Part shown: positions 16,377-22,157 of the stretch, piece after piece | Position numbering within the stretch: position 1 is the stretch's first letter | Layout of the letters: the number at the start of each line of letters is the position of its first letter | Assembly (NCBI GenBank): GCA_017451975.1 | Contig: JAFTNI010000218.1 | Coordinates: 1-37,642, forward strand | DNA: 37,642 nt | From: Clostridia bacterium | GTDB taxonomy: Bacteria > Bacillota > Clostridia > Oscillospirales > CAG-272 | Direction: 5' to 3' | Position numbers and translations under genes: made by a program | The notes under the pieces: generated by a model | Told to the model about the DNA's origin: nothing | Databases searched by the model: none | The model's input: the letters and a program-made list of their open reading frames with translations, nothing else

Positions 16377-18905
16377 ATGGAAAATATAAAATTTGTTATA
16401 GAAAAAAGCGCGCGCATAGATAAGCTTATTTCGGCAATGTATGAAAAGCTGCCCGAAATTGAAGCAGACCGCGGCGTGCTTGTTACCGAAAGCTATAAAG
16501 CAACAGAGGGCTTGCCCCTTGTAAAGCGCAGAAGCGCCGCTTTTGCGCACATACTCCGCAATATTCCCATAGTTATCCGCGAAAACGAGCTTATCGCGGG
16601 AAGCACCACGGTTACCCCCCGCGGATGCCAGGTTTTCCCCGAATATTCTTATGAATGGCTTGAAGCGGAGTTTGATACCGTTGCAAAAAGAGAAGCAGAC
16701 CCCTTCTACATTTCCGAGGAAACGAAGGCGAAGCTTCGCGAGGTTTACCCTTATTGGAAGGGCAAAACCGTTTCCGACCTTGCAAAAGCAAATATGGCGC
16801 CCGAGGCTTACGACGTATTTATGAACCACGGTATTTTTACCGTAGGCAACTACTTCTACAACGGCATAGGCCACGTTTGCGTTCAGTACGATAAGGTTAT
16901 TAACTTTGGCTACGAAGCAATTATAAACGAAGCTAAGGAAGAGCTTGCAAAGCTTTCCTTTGGCGACGGCGATTACGTGACGAAGAGAAACTTCCTTGAT
17001 GCCGTTATCGAAAGCTGTGAGGCTGTTATAGAGTACGCTCACCGCTACTCTGTGCTTGCAATCCATATGGCTGAAAAAGAGCACGATATGGGCAGAAAGA
17101 TGGAGCTGAAGCGTATAGCAGATGCTTGCGCGCACGTTCCCGAAAAGGGCGCGAGAACCTTCTTCGAGGCTTGCCAGAGCTTCTGGTTTATACAGATGCT
17201 TTTTCAGACGGAATCAAGCGGCCACTCCATTTCCCCCGGACGTTTCGACCAATATATGTACCCATTCTACAAGAAGGACAAGGACGATGGCGTTATCTCT
17301 ATAGAAGAGGCGCAGGAGTTTATAGACAATATCTGGGTTAAGCTCAACGATATAAACAAGGTTCGCGATGCGGCAAGCGCAGAGGGCTTTGCGGGCTACG
17401 GTCTTTTCCAGAACCTTATTGTCGGCGGCCAGGACATTTACGGTATGGACGCTACAAACGACCTTTCCTATATGTGCCTTGAAGCGGCAATGCACGTTCC
17501 GCTTCCCCAGCCCTCCATTTCCATTCGCGTATGGAACGGCTCGCCCAAATCCTTGCTTATAAAAGCGGCGGCGCTTACCCGTACGGGTACGGGCTTGCCC
17601 GCATACTACAACGACGAGATCATTATTCCCTCGATAATGGCGCGCGGGCTCACGCTCGAGGATGCGCGCGACTACTGCATAATCGGTTGCGTTGAACCGC
17701 AGAAGGCGGGAAAGACCGATGGTTGGCACGATGCGGCGTTCTTCAATATGTGCCGCCCGTTGGAGCTCGTTTTCTCCGACGGTGTCGATAAGGGCAAGCA
17801 GATCGGCCCCAAAACGGGCGACGTGCTTGAAATGAAAACGTTTGAAGAATTCTACGATGCTTACAAGAAGCAATCTGCCTATATGGTAGAGCTTATGGTA
17901 AACGCAGATAACGCCGTAGACGCGGCGCACGCTATGCGTTGCCCCTTGCCCTATCAATCTTGCATGGTTGACGATTGCATAAAGCGCGGTAAATCCTTGC
18001 AGGAAGGCGGCGCTATCTATAATTTCACAGGTCCCCAGGGCTTCGGCATTGCCAATATGACCGATGCGCTCCTTGCCGTTCGCGAGCTTGTTTTCGAAAA
18101 GAAGCTCGTTACTATGGCAGAGCTTAAGGCGGCGCTTGAAAATAACTACGGCAAGGGCTTGCGCGGCTATGACGCAGAGCGCCTTACCGCAGACATAGCG
18201 CAGAAAATAGCCGAAAGCGGTTCTACTGTAAACGAGGACGTTATAAAGGCTATATACGGCGCGGTTACAACGGGCGAATATTTGCCCGACGGCGCAAGAA
18301 TGAGATATGACGAAATTCTTTCGCTTATCGCAGGCGTGCCGAAGTACGGCAACGATATACGCGAGGTTGACCTTTTTGCCCGCGACGTTGCTTACACATA
18401 TACAAAAGAGGTTGAAAAATATAAAAACTACCGCGGCGGTACATACCAGGCGGGGCTTTACCCCGTTTCCGCAAACGTGCCGCTCGGCGCTCAGACGGGC
18501 GCAACGCCCGACGGCAGACTTGCCTATACGCCTATTGCAGACGGCGTAGGCCCCGTTTCGGGCAGCGATACGCGCGGCCCCACGGCGACGGCAAACTCTG
18601 TTGCCAAGCTCGACCACGGTATTGCAAGCAATGGTACGCTTCTTAACCAGAAGTTCCACCCCAGCGCGCTTGCAGGTATGGCGGGGCTTGAAAAGTTTGT
18701 TTCGCTCATTCGCGGCTACTTCGACCAGAAGGGTATGCACGTTCAGTTCAATGTAATCAACCGCGAAACCTTGCTCGATGCGCAAAAGCACCCCGAAAAC
18801 TACAAAACGCTTGTTGTTCGCGTTGCGGGCTACAGCGCGCTTTTCACAACGCTTTCGCGCTCGCTCCAGGACGATATCATAAACAGAACGGAACAGGGAT
18901 TTTGA
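16377..18905 (+). CDS. glycyl radical enzyme, diol-dehydratase/lyase class (probable B12-independent 1,2-propanediol dehydratase)
   Basis: 842 aa. Active-site GCVEP (Cys-x-Glu) and C-terminal glycyl radical motif VVRVAGYSALF...QDDIINRTE. The substrate is inferred from the co-encoded aldolase. Confidence 0.85.
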   Translation: MENIKFVIEKSARIDKLISAMYEKLPEIEADRGVLVTESYKATEGLPLVKRRSAAFAHILRNIPIVIRENELIAGSTTVTPRGCQVFPEYSYEWLEAEFDTVAKREADPFYISEETKAKLREVYPYWKGKTVSDLAKANMAPEAYDVFMNHGIFTVGNYFYNGIGHVCVQYDKVINFGYEAIINEAKEELAKLSFGDGDYVTKRNFLDAVIESCEAVIEYAHRYSVLAIHMAEKEHDMGRKMELKRIADACAHVPEKGARTFFEACQSFWFIQMLFQTESSGHSISPGRFDQYMYPFYKKDKDDGVISIEEAQEFIDNIWVKLNDINKVRDAASAEGFAGYGLFQNLIVGGQDIYGMDATNDLSYMCLEAAMHVPLPQPSISIRVWNGSPKSLLIKAAALTRTGTGLPAYYNDEIIIPSIMARGLTLEDARDYCIIGCVEPQKAGKTDGWHDAAFFNMCRPLELVFSDGVDKGKQIGPKTGDVLEMKTFEEFYDAYKKQSAYMVELMVNADNAVDAAHAMRCPLPYQSCMVDDCIKRGKSLQEGGAIYNFTGPQGFGIANMTDALLAVRELVFEKKLVTMAELKAALENNYGKGLRGYDAERLTADIAQKIAESGSTVNEDVIKAIYGAVTTGEYLPDGARMRYDEILSLIAGVPKYGNDIREVDLFARDVAYTYTKEVEKYKNYRGGTYQAGLYPVSANVPLGAQTGATPDGRLAYTPIADGVGPVSGSDTRGPTATANSVAKLDHGIASNGTLLNQKFHPSALAGMAGLEKFVSLIRGYFDQKGMHVQFNVINRETLLDAQKHPENYKTLVVRVAGYSALFTTLSRSLQDDIINRTEQGF

Positions 18906-18913
18906 TTTAGGTT

Positions 18914-18945
18914 TTAACCGTGTGCCCGAAAGGGCGCACGGTTAA
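18914..18945 (+). terminator. strong hairpin after the GRE gene (possible partial terminator or mRNA stabiliser)
   Basis: ttaaccgtgtgccc-gaaa-gggcgcacggttaa: 14-bp stem with one G-U and a GAAA loop. The TTTTT run begins 8 nt downstream. Confidence 0.5.
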
Positions 18946-19092
18946 AGTGAAGTTTTTCTGCGAAGACGGCACTTAAAAGCTTATAATTTTGACCGATACT
19001 GCCGCGGGATGCTTCGCTACGCTCGAGCATGACACGCGGAAGAAGGTTTATGATTGATGCATACAAATAAAACAAATTAACGTAAAAAATCA

Positions 19093-19149
19093 CACGAAAT
19101 AAACGTCTTTTTTGAATGAAGTTCTTTGCTGAGCTTTCTTTCAAGAAAG
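19093..19149 (+). repeat. 57-nt intergenic repeat, copy 1 (ends 18 nt before the activase ATG)
   Basis: cacgaaataaacgtcttttttgaatgaagttctttgctgagctttctttcaagaaag. About 93% identical to 20033..20089. Confidence 0.85.
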
Positions 19150-19167
19150 CGAAGAGGGAGAAACGCG

Positions 19168-19953
19168 ATGGGAATTTACGATACACAGGGCAGAATATTT
19201 GATATACAGCGTTTTTCCATCCACGATGGGCCGGGTATACGCACAATAGTCTTTCTGAAGGGCTGCGTGCTTCGCTGCCGCTGGTGCTGCAATCCGGAAT
19301 CGCAGGAATATAAAATACAGGAGCTCGTGCGCGGCGGTAAAAAAGAAATAGTCGGCCGTGACGTTACCGTGCGCGAAGTGATGGAAGAAATAGAAAAAGA
19401 CGCGCCGTATTACGAAAGAAGCGGCGGCGGTGTAACCCTTTCGGGCGGTGAGGCGCTTTGCCAGCCCGATTTCGCGGCGGCAATATTCAAGGCTTGCCAC
19501 GATTACGGCATAAATACCGCTATTGAAACAACGGGTTACGCAAAAAAAGAAGTGCTTGATAAGGTGATACCTCACGTCGACTACGTTCTTATGGATATAA
19601 AGCACGTAGACAGCAAAAAGCACGAAGCCTTTACGGGCAAACCCAACGAGCTCATACTTGAAAACGCAAATTATATAGCGAGCATGGCGCAGGATATGAC
19701 CGTGCGCGTGCCCGTGATACCAACCTTCAACGATACGCCTGAAGAAATACGCGCTATAGCAAAATTTGCCGCGCGGCTCCCCGGTGTTATGAAGCTCCAC
19801 CTTTTGCCGTACCACAGGCTCGGCAGAGATAAATATACGGGGCTCGGAAGGGAATATACACTCGATAGCATCGAGCCGATGCCGCAAGAAAAAATAAACA
19901 CACTCTATGAAGCGGCCACTGAAAGCGGCTTGCTTGTTCAGATAGGTGGATGA
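19168..19953 (+). CDS. glycyl radical enzyme activating enzyme (radical SAM, short PflA-like form)
   Basis: CVLRCRWCCNPES (CX3CX2C) and the N-terminal FSIHDGPGIRT motif. Start set at ATG 19168 (GAGGGAG RBS) rather than TTG 19126. Confidence 0.9.
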   Translation: MGIYDTQGRIFDIQRFSIHDGPGIRTIVFLKGCVLRCRWCCNPESQEYKIQELVRGGKKEIVGRDVTVREVMEEIEKDAPYYERSGGGVTLSGGEALCQPDFAAAIFKACHDYGINTAIETTGYAKKEVLDKVIPHVDYVLMDIKHVDSKKHEAFTGKPNELILENANYIASMAQDMTVRVPVIPTFNDTPEEIRAIAKFAARLPGVMKLHLLPYHRLGRDKYTGLGREYTLDSIEPMPQEKINTLYEAATESGLLVQIGG

Positions 19954-20032
19954 GTATTTTGAAATGAAGTATTTCACCGTTCGGTGAAATATGAGGTTGC
20001 GGCTTTGCCGCAATGCGGCAAGCGAAAATCCG

Positions 20033-20089
20033 CACGAAATAAACGTCTTTTTTTGAATGAAGTTCTTTGTCTGCTTTCTTTCAAGAAAG
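20033..20089 (+). repeat. 57-nt intergenic repeat, copy 2 (ends 17 nt before the pduU-like ATG)
   Basis: cacgaaataaacgtctttttttgaatgaagttctttgtctgctttctttcaagaaag. Confidence 0.85.
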
Positions 20090-20106
20090 TGGAGGGAGGT
20101 ATTTTT

Positions 20107-20475
20107 ATGGATGAACTTTCTATGCGCGATAAAATGCGTATTATACAGGAGCTTGTGCCCGGTAAGCAGATAACGCTTGCTCATATTATAGCGAACCCCG
20201 ACCCCGTGCTTTACAGAAAGCTGGGGCTTGACCCGAAGGGCGATTACGGCAGAAGCGCAATAGGCGTGCTTACGATAAGCCCTGCCGAAACCGCCGTTAT
20301 ATGCGCCGATATTGCTATGAAATCTTCGGGCGCGACGGTTGAGTTTGTAGACCGTTTTACGGGTACGCTTATTATAACGGGTACTGTTTCCGAAGCGGAA
20401 GCGGCTATAATTGCCGTTACCGATTATTGCAGAGATAAGCTTCACTGCACTGTTTGCGAAGTGACGAGAACATGA
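20107..20475 (+). CDS. pduU: circularly permuted BMC-H shell protein (PduU/EutS type)
   Basis: RIIQELVPGKQITLAHIIANPDP...AIGVLTISPAE...FVDRFTGTLIITG is the PduU/EutS pattern. Start at ATG 20107 (GGAGGGAGG RBS). Confidence 0.85.
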   Translation: MDELSMRDKMRIIQELVPGKQITLAHIIANPDPVLYRKLGLDPKGDYGRSAIGVLTISPAETAVICADIAMKSSGATVEFVDRFTGTLIITGTVSEAEAAIIAVTDYCRDKLHCTVCEVTRT

Positions 20476-20903
20476 AAAAAATTATGTTTGTCGGCAGAGT
20501 GGGCGCGGGCAAAACCACGCTCACGCAAAGGCTGCGCGGTGAAAAAATTCATTACTATAAAACGCAGTACGTTCACTATGGCGACCTTATAATAGATACG
20601 CCCGGTGAATATACAGAGCGCGCAAACCTTGCGGGGGCGCTGGCGCTTTACGCCTATGAAGCAGACGTTGTGGGCTTTCTTATAAAGGCTAACGACGTTT
20701 ATTCCATTTACGGCCCTAATATTACCTGCATGGTAAACCGCGACGTTATAGGCATTGTAACGGCTATAGACCGCCCCGATGCCAACGTGGAAAAATGCAA
20801 GGAGTGGCTGAGGCTGGCGGGCTGCAAAACTATTTTTGCGCTCGATTCAAAAACAGGCAGAGGAGTCGATGCGCTGCTTGAATATCTTTCAAAGGAGGAA
20901 TAA
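20472..20903 (+). CDS. eutP: EutP/PduV-family small GTPase
   Basis: MKKIMFVGRVGAGKTTLTQRL P-loop, DTPGEY switch, about 143 aa. The ATG overlaps the pduU stop (ATGA). Confidence 0.85.
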   Translation: MKKIMFVGRVGAGKTTLTQRLRGEKIHYYKTQYVHYGDLIIDTPGEYTERANLAGALALYAYEADVVGFLIKANDVYSIYGPNITCMVNRDVIGIVTAIDRPDANVEKCKEWLRLAGCKTIFALDSKTGRGVDALLEYLSKEE

Positions 20904-20906
20904 GCC

Positions 20907-21701
20907 TTGCGTAAGGAAACGAAAATAATTGCTTTCGCCAATAACAAGGGCGGAAGCGGAAAATCTACCACTTGCTCCAATATAGGCTACGTGCTTGCCG
21001 AAAGCGGCTATAACGTGCTTATGGTCGATGCAGATATGCAGCAAAACCTTTCGCTTTCCTTTTTCGAGGAAGAGGACGTGCTTGCTTTTTCCGAAAGCGG
21101 CGAAAACCTTTTCACGGCTATAAAGGAAGAGCGCGATGCTTCCTCTTTTATAAGAAAAACGAAATATAAAAACCTTTCCCTCATTCCCTCGGGCATACTT
21201 ATGAGCGGTGCGGAATTTGAGCTTTACGGAAAAAAGGAAGGGGAAAAAACTCTTGCCCGCGTGCTTGAGGGCGCGCGCAAAAGCGGGGAATACGATTTTA
21301 TTCTTATAGATTCGCCGCCTACGCTCGGCATGGTAGTGCTTAATATAATGTGTGCCGCAGATTATTTGCTCATTCCCATAGAAGCAAGCCCGTGGGGGCT
21401 TTTCGGCCTTGCCAATATGCTCGATTTCTTTGCGAAAACGAAGGAGCAGAACCCCGCGCTTTCGCTTTTGGGCATAGCCGTTACGAAGGCAGACGAGCGA
21501 AAAACATATTTCCGCCAGACGATGGAATTTCTTGAAGAGCTTGAAAATGTGAACGTTTTCAAGACTTATATAAGAATAGACAGCGCCGTGGAATGGGCGC
21601 AGGATAACAGCCAGCCCGTTGCGGCATATAAGAAAAACAGCAGAAGCGCTAAAGAATACGCCGAAATGGCAAAGGAGATGCTTGAATATGTCAATAGGTA
21701 A
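20907..21701 (+). CDS. ParA/Soj/MinD-type deviant Walker A ATPase encoded inside the BMC operon
   Basis: IAFANNKGGSGKSTT (signature Lys present), VLMVDADMQQN and FILIDSPP. The TTG start lies 3 nt after the eutP stop, with AAGGAGGA upstream. Confidence 0.85.
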   Translation: MRKETKIIAFANNKGGSGKSTTCSNIGYVLAESGYNVLMVDADMQQNLSLSFFEEEDVLAFSESGENLFTAIKEERDASSFIRKTKYKNLSLIPSGILMSGAEFELYGKKEGEKTLARVLEGARKSGEYDFILIDSPPTLGMVVLNIMCAADYLLIPIEASPWGLFGLANMLDFFAKTKEQNPALSLLGIAVTKADERKTYFRQTMEFLEELENVNVFKTYIRIDSAVEWAQDNSQPVAAYKKNSRSAKEYAEMAKEMLEYVNR

Positions 21702-21885
21702 AAAGAGCATTGCCCGCGCGGCCACGGCAGCCGCGAAGGCAGACGCCGTGGCGGAAGAAACCGCCCCCACACCCGTAAAAGAGCCCGTACCCGCCGCAAA
21801 GGCAGCAAAGCCCCAAAAAGCGGAGCCCGCCGAAAAATTTAAGAAAGTAAGCGTTGGCGATAAAATGCCGCCATTTCTTCTTTGA
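21688..21885 (+). CDS. 65-aa Ala/Pro/Lys-rich predicted disordered protein, candidate ParA partner
   Basis: The ATG overlaps the last 14 nt of parA-like and has an AAGGAG upstream. Sequence is MSIGKKSIARAATAAAKADAVAEETAPTPVKEPVPAAKAAKPQKAEPAEKFKKVSVGDKMPPFLL. Coding status is supported only by position and ORF. Confidence 0.5.
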   Translation: MSIGKKSIARAATAAAKADAVAEETAPTPVKEPVPAAKAAKPQKAEPAEKFKKVSVGDKMPPFLL

Positions 21886-21901
21886 AAAAAGCATAATTTT
21901 G

Positions 21902-21934
21902 TGCCCTTGCGTAAACCGCAAGGGCAGTTTGTTT
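21902..21934 (+). terminator. Rho-independent terminator ending the BMC operon
   Basis: tgcccttgcg-taaac-cgcaagggca followed by gtttgttt. Confidence 0.75.
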
Positions 21935-22016
21935 CGCGAAAACGGCGATTTTTCCGCAAAAAAACGCCTATATGAAAAAATAACCTGTTTCGAAGGCGTT
22001 TTTTAAAAAATAGTTG

Positions 22017-22045
22017 TTGCAAAAAATCAATTTATGTAGTACAAT
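22017..22045 (+). promoter_or_regulatory. candidate SigA promoter for capD-like gene
   Basis: TTGCAA, 17-nt spacer, TACAAT. Confidence 0.4.
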
Positions 22046-22157
22046 AATATATAATGGTAAGTGTTGTTTAAAACCGCCTGCTACAGTTTGTCGTTTCGTT
22101 TAAAATTCAATATCGTCGTATCCCATTGTAAAAATAACGATTATTACGGAGGTAAAG

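Noticed and set aside
16377-18905. Alternative call of the GRE as choline trimethylamine-lyase (CutC)
   Set aside because: It has no long N-terminal CutC-type extension, and the locus carries a class II aldolase with a targeting peptide, which points to deoxyhexose/1,2-propanediol. I cannot verify pocket residues by eye, so this is a preference rather than an exclusion.
19126-19167. TTG-initiated N-terminal extension of the activase (MLSFLSRKRRGRNA), and the GTG 19984 extension of the pduU-like gene
   Set aside because: Both extensions run through the 57-nt intergenic repeat and have no RBS. The internal ATGs at 19168 and 20107 have strong GAGGGAG and GGAGGGAGG sites and give family-typical N-termini.
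20907-21701. ParA-like gene as a bacterial tyrosine kinase (CapB/Wze type) belonging to the downstream capD polysaccharide gene
   Set aside because: It has the deviant Walker A KGGSGKST with signature Lys and ParA-type A' and B motifs, and no C-terminal Tyr cluster. It is translationally coupled to eutP and is separated from capD by a terminator and about 270 nt.
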